Shown here piece by piece: positions 25,600 through 34,860 of a DNA stretch of 49,311 nucleotides; the stretch's first letter is position 1, and each line of letters starts with the position of its first letter. Source of the stretch: a virus (lineage: Duplodnaviria; Heunggongvirae; Uroviricota; Caudoviricetes). The DNA is taken from IMG/VR virus record IMGVR_UViG_3300010942_000265. The stretch is one strand, 5' to 3'. The position numbers and the translations under genes were made by a program. Under the pieces are notes generated by a model. That model did not search any database and was not told the DNA's origin. It was given only the letters and a program-made list of their open reading frames with translations.

Positions 25600-28500
25600 A
25601 TGGCAACGTATTTACAAGGAGTCACAGATTATATACCAGATTATCAGCCGTTTCAACCTGATTTAAATTTCTATGCCAATGTCTTACAGACTAAGCAAAC
25701 ACAATATGATTCTAATTGGAAATCATTAAATAATCTGTACGCGGATTTGCACAATGCAGATCTAACACATGACCAAAACATTAAGAAAAAAGATGATCTT
25801 TTAAAGCAGATTGACTTTAATTTAAAAAGAGTTACTGGGTTAGACTTGTCATTGCAACAAAATGTTGATCAAGCTACACAAGTATTTAGACCTTTTTATG
25901 AAGACAAGTATCTTATGAAAGATATGGCTTGGACTAAAAACTATTCTAATACTGTAAGCCGCGCGTTGAATTTAAGAAATGCCCAAGATGAAAAAATGCG
26001 TGCTCAGTACTGGGACACAGGTGTTAAAGAAATGCAGTACCGCAGAGAGGAATTTAAGAATTCTACCCTAGAAGAAACATTGAATATGGGTAATGTATCA
26101 TACACCCCGTATGTAAATGCTATGGAGAAATATCTTAAGTTGGCTAAAGAAACAGGATTGTCAATTGATATTAAAGATGTAGATGAATCAGGATTATACT
26201 TTGTAAGAGAGAAGAACGGAAAAGCATTGATGTCTCCTTTACAAAATCTATTCATGAGTGCTTATGCAAATGATCCTGCCCTACGGGCCGTATATGCTAC
26301 GCAATCCTATGTTAAAAGAAAAGACTATGCAGAACAATATGCAAGTAAATTCCAAGGCAATAAGGTAGAAGCTGAAAAAGAATACTTAAGAGAACAATAC
26401 AAGTTCTTACAAAACTATACAGCTAAGAAAAATGTTGATGCAAAAGAATCAGTAGAAGTAAGTAAAAATAAAGCAGCAGATGTTGAAAATGCTATCAGTA
26501 ATAAAGATGCAGGTATTTATACAGAATCATATTTAGAAAGCTTAAACAAAGGCTTAGAAGTTGATGAAACAGTTGCAAATCATGCTGAAAAATTAAATAA
26601 TGATATTAATGGAGGGACTTCTTCTACTATAACTACATCTGCTACATCTACAGATCCTAATCAATTGGATATGTCGGATATGGATTTAGCAAGATTAAGA
26701 GTAGATGCAGGTACAGCTTCAGTACTTGCTGAACAAGACATTATAGGTGCTGCATATATTTATGCATACAAAGATTATGTTTATGAAAAATCTGCTAACC
26801 CTGTAGGATTAGAAAATCTTAGACAACAAAATGCTCTTGCCAGAATTGATTATACACATCAATTAAAACAAGATGAGATGAAGTTAAAAGCTGATCTTGA
26901 TAGAGAAACTAATAGGATTAAGCAAGGAATGTCTGATGGAACTATTTGGTATGACAAAGAAGGTGAGATGCATGAAGATGACGGATCTTCTTTTGCAATT
27001 ACATTAGGTTCTCCATCTGGTTCATTTACTGATGAAATTAATATCTTAAAAGACAATTCTAATAGATATAATGAAACAATTTCCAATATGACAGGTACTT
27101 ATATTGGGAATACATTGACACGTCTTAAGAATCTTGCTGATAACGGTAAAGTAAAAGATAAAGAATTATGGAGCGCCCTATCTTGGTTAGATCCAAATAG
27201 TAAAGAAGCAGCTAAAAGATATGGTACAAAAGATGGAAAAGTTCTTCTTGATAAACTATGGAATAAGTACCAAAATAATAGTGATAAGTTTATACTTGAC
27301 TTTACTAAAACTAATCAAGTTATTAAACTTAAAAAGTTCATGGATAGTTGGGCAAATAAAAATACTGGTTATGGTATTGCTGATGATTATCATAAAGATG
27401 TAAGTGGAAAAGACATTGAAAAATATATTCGGTATAGAGATCAATCTTCTATAATTGATAAAGCTAATCATGATAAAATTAGTAATAACATTATTAAATC
27501 ACTTGATGCAAACTCTTATTTTAAAAATTTAAAATCTGAAACAAAACAAAAACTTGCTGACCTGTACATTAAGAAAGTTAAAAGTGGTTCTCAACTTGAT
27601 GAAGATACTTTCCAAACATTTGTTGATCAAAATATTAATTATGATAGAACTGGTAAGTATAAAACAGCTTTTGATAAATCCCATGAGCTTGTTTTAGGAG
27701 CAGAAGGTAATAAAAAATACAATTCTTATATAGCAGAAGAATCAAAAAAATGGAATGATAAAAACTTTTGGAAATCACCGGTAGGAAAGCAAATTGCACA
27801 AAGTCCTGCAGGTGCTGCAGTAGCATTTAATAAATATTTGGATACTAAAGCTAAAACATATCTAAATCAAAATATGACAGATGAGGGTATAAGAAAATTA
27901 CTCTCAAAAGAAGTATGGCGTAGTAATGAAGCTCTTGCTAAGAGATATGGTAAAGGTAGTGCTGAATATAAAAAACGTGCATTAAAATCACCGTATGATT
28001 ATACAGATGCTGAACTTGCAAAAGCAAAACAAAATTACGCTAAGAATTCAACTAGATTACCAATTAATTTAGGTGAGTCTAAAACAAAAGTTGCCGGTAG
28101 AGTTGCGTTTAGTGAACAAACAGGGTTAGATATGGAAGACTTGTTTGATACTATGTCTGATGCATATTTAAAAACAATTAATCAAACAGGAGACGCAGGT
28201 CTTAAAAGTTATGCAGGTTTTGTAAGAACGCAAGGAGGAAGATATTCTCTTGGAACAAATGAAGTAACTGCTAAAAAAGTTATTCTTTCCAATCCTAGTT
28301 TTGGAGGGTTTCAAGATTTTCAAGAAATTATGGCTGACATAAATAGAATTAGATTCAGTCAAGATCCAAGTAAATATGCCGTTACATATGGTGGTTTAAC
28401 TGAAACTGCTGCTAATGATTATAAATTAGATACGTCTGTTACTAAAGCTATGTTAAGAGAATTACAAATGTCTGCTGGTAGTAAAAGTAAAACGGGGGCC

Positions 28501-29070
28501 TTTATGATTGCACGCTCAGCAATTGCTAGAGAAAAAGCAGATCTTGGTGCTGTAATCATTATTCCTCCACAAGCCTTCTTAGAAAAGTATATTAAAGATG
28601 AAGAAGGTAAAACTGATTATGAGAAAATTAAAATGATTAAAGCTAACGGAATTAGTTTTATCGCACCAAGACAACAATGGACAAATAATTTTTTCCAAGA
28701 AAATGAACTTACTCCAACTGAGCAAGTTCTTAATGCTAAAGGGAAAATTGAATTTGTACATGGTGAAGGTGCAGGTAGATATACTATGGAAAAAGTAAGA
28801 AATGTTCCAGGTGTAGACTACAGAATTTCACATTCCGTAAAAAGAATCCATGAAGAAGGTTATGTTGAAGAGTTATCAGATGGATTACCACTTCAAAAAT
28901 CAGGAAATAAAATTGATGCAAGTGAAAGCGCTATTTATGATAAGTTGCAAGAAATTGCATTACATAATGCTCAAATGGTTAGACAATTTCAAAGACAAGG
29001 TAATCAAGCAGCACTTACTAGAATTAAAACATCATTTAATAAACCTCCAGTTGGCGGATACCAATATTAA
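25600..29070 (+). CDS. Large helical cargo/ejection protein
   Basis: 1156 aa with no Cys. N-terminal YIPDYQPFQPDLNFY...QYD motif; lies between cargo and RNAP-associated genes. Confidence 0.55.
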   Translation: MATYLQGVTDYIPDYQPFQPDLNFYANVLQTKQTQYDSNWKSLNNLYADLHNADLTHDQNIKKKDDLLKQIDFNLKRVTGLDLSLQQNVDQATQVFRPFYEDKYLMKDMAWTKNYSNTVSRALNLRNAQDEKMRAQYWDTGVKEMQYRREEFKNSTLEETLNMGNVSYTPYVNAMEKYLKLAKETGLSIDIKDVDESGLYFVREKNGKALMSPLQNLFMSAYANDPALRAVYATQSYVKRKDYAEQYASKFQGNKVEAEKEYLREQYKFLQNYTAKKNVDAKESVEVSKNKAADVENAISNKDAGIYTESYLESLNKGLEVDETVANHAEKLNNDINGGTSSTITTSATSTDPNQLDMSDMDLARLRVDAGTASVLAEQDIIGAAYIYAYKDYVYEKSANPVGLENLRQQNALARIDYTHQLKQDEMKLKADLDRETNRIKQGMSDGTIWYDKEGEMHEDDGSSFAITLGSPSGSFTDEINILKDNSNRYNETISNMTGTYIGNTLTRLKNLADNGKVKDKELWSALSWLDPNSKEAAKRYGTKDGKVLLDKLWNKYQNNSDKFILDFTKTNQVIKLKKFMDSWANKNTGYGIADDYHKDVSGKDIEKYIRYRDQSSIIDKANHDKISNNIIKSLDANSYFKNLKSETKQKLADLYIKKVKSGSQLDEDTFQTFVDQNINYDRTGKYKTAFDKSHELVLGAEGNKKYNSYIAEESKKWNDKNFWKSPVGKQIAQSPAGAAVAFNKYLDTKAKTYLNQNMTDEGIRKLLSKEVWRSNEALAKRYGKGSAEYKKRALKSPYDYTDAELAKAKQNYAKNSTRLPINLGESKTKVAGRVAFSEQTGLDMEDLFDTMSDAYLKTINQTGDAGLKSYAGFVRTQGGRYSLGTNEVTAKKVILSNPSFGGFQDFQEIMADINRIRFSQDPSKYAVTYGGLTETAANDYKLDTSVTKAMLRELQMSAGSKSKTGAFMIARSAIAREKADLGAVIIIPPQAFLEKYIKDEEGKTDYEKIKMIKANGISFIAPRQQWTNNFFQENELTPTEQVLNAKGKIEFVHGEGAGRYTMEKVRNVPGVDYRISHSVKRIHEEGYVEELSDGLPLQKSGNKIDASESAIYDKLQEIALHNAQMVRQFQRQGNQAALTRIKTSFNKPPVGGYQY

Positions 29071-29075
29071 TTAAT

Positions 29076-32000
29076 ATGGCTCAAGAAACAAATAGACCAG
29101 ACATTCAAAGTGATGGAATAAACGACCTTTCACAAAACAGTGAATTCATTGCACCTGCTGGAGTTGGGGTTAATTTATATAAACCTTTGGTTCAACCTGA
29201 ATTGGATATAAACCGCTTTAACTATGGTGATAAAGCAAGTGTTTCTAATCCTGCCTTAAAAATTAAAGATACTACAACAGGTTCTGCACCTTATCATCCT
29301 AAACAAGTTACAACAGCGGGATCAAAAGAATATGGTGGACTAAAAGGTGTAATGGATGGTCTTCGCGCAGAGTTATCCCAAAATGTAGATAAGAATGCAT
29401 ATAGTAAAATCTACGCGTATGATTCTTCCCCTAAAGGAGCACATAAAGCTAGATACAAAGCATACGGTCAATCTACTTATGATAAGATCGGATTCTCTCC
29501 TGAGATAGATAATGAAACATGGTTTAATGCTAATACAACAATGTATGATGACTGGAAGCGTATGGCAACACATGCTGCTTGGCCTATGATGAAACTAGGT
29601 TTTATGAGTCCAATTAAATCATACGGTAAACTTTTTGGTCAAGCAGATATTGGACAAGACTTAGCTGAAGCAAGAGACTATGAAGAATACAATGCTATTG
29701 GTTATTCTACTAAGGGTGGTATTGGCGGATTTGCTATTAACTTACAAAACTCAGCAGCATATTCTGTAGGTATTCTTGCAGAAAGCGTTGTTGAAGGAGT
29801 TCTTATTGGAGCTGCAGTAGGTGCTGTTGGTGGGGAAGGTGTAGGAGCTGTTCCTGGGGCCGTTATTGGAGGAGTGACTGAAGGATTTGGAGCATTATTA
29901 AAATTACCAACAACATTACTCAACATGAGTAAAAATCTTGGTAAGATGACTATGAATCTTAAAAAGCTTGAAAACATATCTCATGTAAGAAGTATGTTTG
30001 GTAATGCTGGTAGAGCAATGGGTGATTTTATTAATCCTATTAGTAATACTACTGAAGCTGTAATGAAATATGCTTTCAAAAATCCGGATGATCTTACTAA
30101 TCTTGCACGTACTGCAAGAACTGTAGGTGCAATGTGGCATGATGTTAAAAACATGAATGCAGCTTTATCTGAAGGAAGACTTGAAGGCGGTTTTACTGAA
30201 CAAAAAGTTTATGATGACCTTTATAATAAGTACTATGATAAATATGGTGAAGCACCAAATGATGCTTTACAAAAATCTATGCGTCAACAAGCAAAAGTTG
30301 CAGGTTTTCAAAACACTTGGAAAAACACTTTGCTTGTACATTATAGTAACAACCTAGCTTTTCCTTCAATTACTAAAGCTGGTTTTATGAAAGGTCTACC
30401 GACCTATAGTAAAACATTAGGTAAGATAGGTCCTTTCCAAGTAGTATATGATCCGGCTAAAAAAGTAGCAAGTGAGTTAGCATATTCTGCTGAGAAAGTA
30501 TCTTTAAGAAATGCAGCAAAAGCTTTAACTAAACCAGCTACATATGGTAAAACTGCTTTGAATTATTTTAAAGCAAATCTTGTAGAAGGTTTTCAAGAGA
30601 CTGCTCAAGATGTTTTATCAGAAGCAACTGAAAATTATTACATAAACAGTTTTCAAAATAAAGACCGTCAAAATTTTGAATACTCTATGGCTACTCTTAA
30701 TGCAGCCATGAAGAAACAAATAAGTGCACAAGGTCTTGAAACATTTGCTTCAGGTTTTGCAATGGGATCTATTCTTGGAATTCCCGGAGGAGTTAAAAAT
30801 TTTATGAGTGTTGGGTATAACAAATACTTCAAACACCGTAATAATTATGATGAATACATTAAAGAAAGACAAGCTGAAGTTGATAGTGTTGTTGATTCAT
30901 TAAATACAATGGATCAGAGTGCAAAACATTTCTTTGATCCAAGACTTACAAACTATACAACACAAATGCTTGCTGGTAAAGTTGCAGATGATCCAGACAA
31001 TGCAACTACAAAAGAAGCAAGAGATACTAGCTTTGCTGCTTTTCAATCAGCTGTAAGAACTTCATTAAGAACTGGAACTTTTGATATGTTTATCAAAAAC
31101 TTTGAAGGATACAAACAAGCTACTCCTGAAGAGTTAGAACAAGCATGGAGATTAGAACCAGGTCAAGGGCAAAAAGCATTAGCTTCAATTGACAAGTCAA
31201 TTGCCAGTGCTAAAACTATGGCAGCAAGATGGCAGTATGCTAAAAATAAAATGAAGCATGTTGTTAACCCTGATAACTTTAAAGAGAATACACCTGAAAG
31301 GGAAATGGCTGAAATATACAATGAAGCTTATCTTACAGGACTTGACAATCTTGTATTCATGGGAGGTGCATTTGATAACAATGCTGAAAGATTAGAAAAG
31401 ATCTACAGTAAGTTATCATCAATCCCTACAATTCAAGGTTCTAGATTCTCAGATATTGCTACTATTACTGATCCAGCAAGATTAAGCAAAGAGATTGCAA
31501 TGCTGCGTACTGATGTGCAGTTAAGTAAAGACTCTACAACTCCTGAAGGAAAAGAACAATATCAAAAACAAAAAGATCTTTTAGAAAAATTAGAAACTTA
31601 TCAAAAAGAGCAAGTTGGTGTTGCTGTAGATTTTATTCAAAAAATTAAAAATGCTCAGAAAGACATTATGCAGTCTGAGGGTATTTCTGCAAGAGAAGCA
31701 CAACAAAAAGCTGTTGATCAAGTGGTTGCATCATATGAGGCAGAAGGAGTAAATCCATTTGTTTCTTACAAAGATAGTTTTAGAAACTTACTTGATACTA
31801 TTGCAGGAAGTGAAGAAAACAAAGTTAATCTTGGTAGACAGTTAGATGATGCTGGAGGCTTTGATGATCTTTTTGAAATGTTGATGGATACACATGTTCT
31901 TAGAAATGAGAACATGAATCTAAATAAATACATTAATCTTCTTAATAGTCCAAATGATTTCTATGAACATGTTCAGAGAAACTTTGAGTGGATGAAAAAA

Positions 32001-34856
32001 CTGTATAATAACAGACAAGATCACTATGATGAAGTAATCAATAATTCAATAACAGCTATTCAAAGAAATACACTTCTTGAAGAATTAGCTGATAAAGGTA
32101 TTTATGTTGACTTAGAAGAGTTTGCTAATTGGTGTGAAGATAAATCACAATTACCAACGTACTTTATTGATCAAGCAAATAAAAGAATTATTAATCAAGA
32201 TAGTTACTTGTATGATCAGTATATTGAATTGTTTAAGTTAGCTGAAAATGCTGAAACAACAAATCCACCAAAACCAAAAAGTACAAAAGAACAAAAGCTT
32301 GAACAAACAATTGACAATTATAACAATCAAAGAGATGGTGAATTAGAAGTTGTTAAAAACGTATATGATAACTCATTAAAACAAGAGATAGGTTATACTC
32401 AAGATGAGATTGAAGAGATGCGTAATAAAGCATTAGGTGATTCAGACATGAATGCTGAAGAAGCTGCTGAAGAAATTACTCTTGCAGAAAAAGCTCTTAA
32501 GCAATTAGAATCAGATAATCATCTTGAGGTTCAAGCTGTATTTGATTTAGCTGTTGAAAAAGAAATGTTTACTCCTCAAGAGTATAACATGGCTAAAGAA
32601 GACTTATTCAGTAATGATGCAGCTCTTGAAGAAATGGCAACATTATCTCAAATGTATGTAGATGCTGAAGAGGAAGATGCAATGGATGCAGCTTCTAATG
32701 TATTCATTCTTAAACCTTTAATTGAAAAAAGAATAACTGTTCTTCAAGCATTTGTTGATGGTAGTGGTATGGATGGTATTCCTTCTTATGAAGAAACTAA
32801 ACCGTATGAAGATTACAATAAAGCTGTAGATGAAATTAATGACAAATATGATGGTCTTATAGCTGATGCTAGAAAAGAATTTGAAGATTCTACTAAGGCA
32901 GACATTGAATCTCAGAGACCTGAAGTAATGAAAGAATCTATCAAGGAAGTACAAGAGTTATTTTCCGGGAAAGATGATATTGTTCAGACTAAAAGAAACT
33001 ACATTGTTGATGGTGAACTTCATGAGAGAATGTCAAACAGAATCAAAACTGGTTATGACACTTATGGTTATTCAGGTGAAAAGGATCTTATAGATCTTTA
33101 TGATAAAACAATTGGTGCAGCTTTAGAAGATTCAAAAGAACTTGATCAAGATATGATTAATGATTTCATTGATGCATTGATTGCTGCAGATCTACCTGGT
33201 GTAAATACAAATAAATACACAGTAGATATAGTAAGAGATGAGCTTGAAACATTGATCAAAACAGATGGTACTAAGTCTAAAAAGATTCAGCGTTATATTT
33301 CTAAACTTAAATCACAGCTTAGTGATGTTGAGAATAAGTTAGCATCTGTAAAAGACAAGAGCCGTCTTGAAAGTTTGAACAGACAAAAAGCTTCCCTAGA
33401 AGAAGCAATCAAAGATGAAGAAAATGGTAAGTATGATGAACCATTTGAAATGACATCTGATAATATTAAGTCTTTCATTCTTAATACAGTAAAAGAAAAT
33501 GCATATGAAGAGTCTAGAGATGCAGGGAATATTATTGACCCTATGTTAAAAGACTATCTTGATACAGCAACTTCTGTAAAACCTAAGTGGGATAAATCTA
33601 AGATGAGCAAAGAAGCATATGATGCTTTGTTTGATGATGAGACAGGTTACCTTACTAAGTTTAAAAACATGGCAGACAATGGTGAGATTTATATTTTTAC
33701 AAAAGATCTTATTGTGCATGCTAATGATTTAGTAGATGCTGAAGGTAACAAGCTTCCTAGTGTAGCGGGTGAGATTGATATGATCATTGTTGACCGTCAA
33801 GGAAGAAAGTTCATTGTAGATTTGAAAACTGGTAAACTTCAAAAATGGTTTAACTACAAAACTATTGGTACAGATTCATTCAAGAAACAATTAGAAAATA
33901 CTTTACAGCAAACTGGTTATGCTAACCTTGCTGAAAACATGTCTGGTGATAAATTTGGAATTAAAATATTCCCTATTGAAATTGGATTTGATAAAGAAGG
34001 ATACATTGTTTCTGCCGGTGCTCCTACTAATCCATCTATTTTTGCTGGAGAAGAAGTTATTGGAGATGAGGGTACTACTCCTTATACAATATCTTTAGAT
34101 AAAGGTAACATCATTCAATACAAGAATGAAGAAACAGGGGCATATCAAACTCAGTCAATTGATGAGTTTATGCAGAATTTAATACCTGTTAAGGGAAGAA
34201 AGGCTACTCAGGTTAAGACTTCACCAACTCCGCAAAATAACATTCCTGAAAATGAAAGAGCTCTTGTAGATGATTTCATGAGTAAGATGGCTGAAATTGG
34301 GAATACTCAAAAAGGAAATACTGCTTTGGATAGTTACACAGACTTAGCTTTAGAGTTAGATGAGATGAAACCTACATTAAGTAAAGAAGCATACAACAAT
34401 ATGAAATCTCAACTTGATGCAAGAATGTCATTAACTTTTGATGAGACTGGAGATGTAGTACTTAAAATCGGAGAAATTTATATCTTTACACAACCAGTAA
34501 AAGATAAAAATATACCTGATGGCTATAGAGTTAAAGTGGATACTTTTGATGCTGAAGACCAGACAGTTACAATATCTAGAGTTGGGCCAGGTAGAAAAAG
34601 TCAACCAATAACAATGTCTATTGAAGAGTTTAATACATACGCAATGAGTGAAGAAGTAATAAACAATATGCCGGAAGAGCAAGAAGAATATATTCCTAGT
34701 GAAGAAGAAATTGAACATATTACAAATAGTATGTCAGTTACAGACGAGCAGTTATCTGATTTTGAACAACTTGCTAAATGGGAAGAAGAAGCATCTGCAG
34801 ATAATGTAGATCTTGATACTTTAAAAAATGATTTCTTTAATAATTTTAAATGCTAA
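29076..34856 (+). CDS. Giant ejected protein with N-terminal membrane-like helices and a PD-(D/E)xK nuclease domain
   Basis: 1926 aa. Gly-rich hydrophobic tract at about aa 214-278; GEIDMIIVD...IVDLKTG plus QQTGY nuclease motifs; ends FKC. Confidence 0.7.
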   Translation: MAQETNRPDIQSDGINDLSQNSEFIAPAGVGVNLYKPLVQPELDINRFNYGDKASVSNPALKIKDTTTGSAPYHPKQVTTAGSKEYGGLKGVMDGLRAELSQNVDKNAYSKIYAYDSSPKGAHKARYKAYGQSTYDKIGFSPEIDNETWFNANTTMYDDWKRMATHAAWPMMKLGFMSPIKSYGKLFGQADIGQDLAEARDYEEYNAIGYSTKGGIGGFAINLQNSAAYSVGILAESVVEGVLIGAAVGAVGGEGVGAVPGAVIGGVTEGFGALLKLPTTLLNMSKNLGKMTMNLKKLENISHVRSMFGNAGRAMGDFINPISNTTEAVMKYAFKNPDDLTNLARTARTVGAMWHDVKNMNAALSEGRLEGGFTEQKVYDDLYNKYYDKYGEAPNDALQKSMRQQAKVAGFQNTWKNTLLVHYSNNLAFPSITKAGFMKGLPTYSKTLGKIGPFQVVYDPAKKVASELAYSAEKVSLRNAAKALTKPATYGKTALNYFKANLVEGFQETAQDVLSEATENYYINSFQNKDRQNFEYSMATLNAAMKKQISAQGLETFASGFAMGSILGIPGGVKNFMSVGYNKYFKHRNNYDEYIKERQAEVDSVVDSLNTMDQSAKHFFDPRLTNYTTQMLAGKVADDPDNATTKEARDTSFAAFQSAVRTSLRTGTFDMFIKNFEGYKQATPEELEQAWRLEPGQGQKALASIDKSIASAKTMAARWQYAKNKMKHVVNPDNFKENTPEREMAEIYNEAYLTGLDNLVFMGGAFDNNAERLEKIYSKLSSIPTIQGSRFSDIATITDPARLSKEIAMLRTDVQLSKDSTTPEGKEQYQKQKDLLEKLETYQKEQVGVAVDFIQKIKNAQKDIMQSEGISAREAQQKAVDQVVASYEAEGVNPFVSYKDSFRNLLDTIAGSEENKVNLGRQLDDAGGFDDLFEMLMDTHVLRNENMNLNKYINLLNSPNDFYEHVQRNFEWMKKLYNNRQDHYDEVINNSITAIQRNTLLEELADKGIYVDLEEFANWCEDKSQLPTYFIDQANKRIINQDSYLYDQYIELFKLAENAETTNPPKPKSTKEQKLEQTIDNYNNQRDGELEVVKNVYDNSLKQEIGYTQDEIEEMRNKALGDSDMNAEEAAEEITLAEKALKQLESDNHLEVQAVFDLAVEKEMFTPQEYNMAKEDLFSNDAALEEMATLSQMYVDAEEEDAMDAASNVFILKPLIEKRITVLQAFVDGSGMDGIPSYEETKPYEDYNKAVDEINDKYDGLIADARKEFEDSTKADIESQRPEVMKESIKEVQELFSGKDDIVQTKRNYIVDGELHERMSNRIKTGYDTYGYSGEKDLIDLYDKTIGAALEDSKELDQDMINDFIDALIAADLPGVNTNKYTVDIVRDELETLIKTDGTKSKKIQRYISKLKSQLSDVENKLASVKDKSRLESLNRQKASLEEAIKDEENGKYDEPFEMTSDNIKSFILNTVKENAYEESRDAGNIIDPMLKDYLDTATSVKPKWDKSKMSKEAYDALFDDETGYLTKFKNMADNGEIYIFTKDLIVHANDLVDAEGNKLPSVAGEIDMIIVDRQGRKFIVDLKTGKLQKWFNYKTIGTDSFKKQLENTLQQTGYANLAENMSGDKFGIKIFPIEIGFDKEGYIVSAGAPTNPSIFAGEEVIGDEGTTPYTISLDKGNIIQYKNEETGAYQTQSIDEFMQNLIPVKGRKATQVKTSPTPQNNIPENERALVDDFMSKMAEIGNTQKGNTALDSYTDLALELDEMKPTLSKEAYNNMKSQLDARMSLTFDETGDVVLKIGEIYIFTQPVKDKNIPDGYRVKVDTFDAEDQTVTISRVGPGRKSQPITMSIEEFNTYAMSEEVINNMPEEQEEYIPSEEEIEHITNSMSVTDEQLSDFEQLAKWEEEASADNVDLDTLKNDFFNNFKC
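32991..33990 (+). other. PD-(D/E)xK (RecB/Cas4-like) nuclease domain within the 1926-aa protein
   Basis: GEID at 33768-33779, DLK at 33819-33827, QxxxY (QQTGY) ending at 33920. The probable N-terminal strand YIVDG..ERMS at about 33000 is separated by a helical insert. Confidence 0.7.
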
Positions 34857-34860
34857 TTAG

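Noticed and set aside
34440-34640. Possible SH3/KOW-like barrel near the C-terminus of the 1926-aa protein
   Set aside because: Only a general beta-strand pattern; too weak to call without a profile search.
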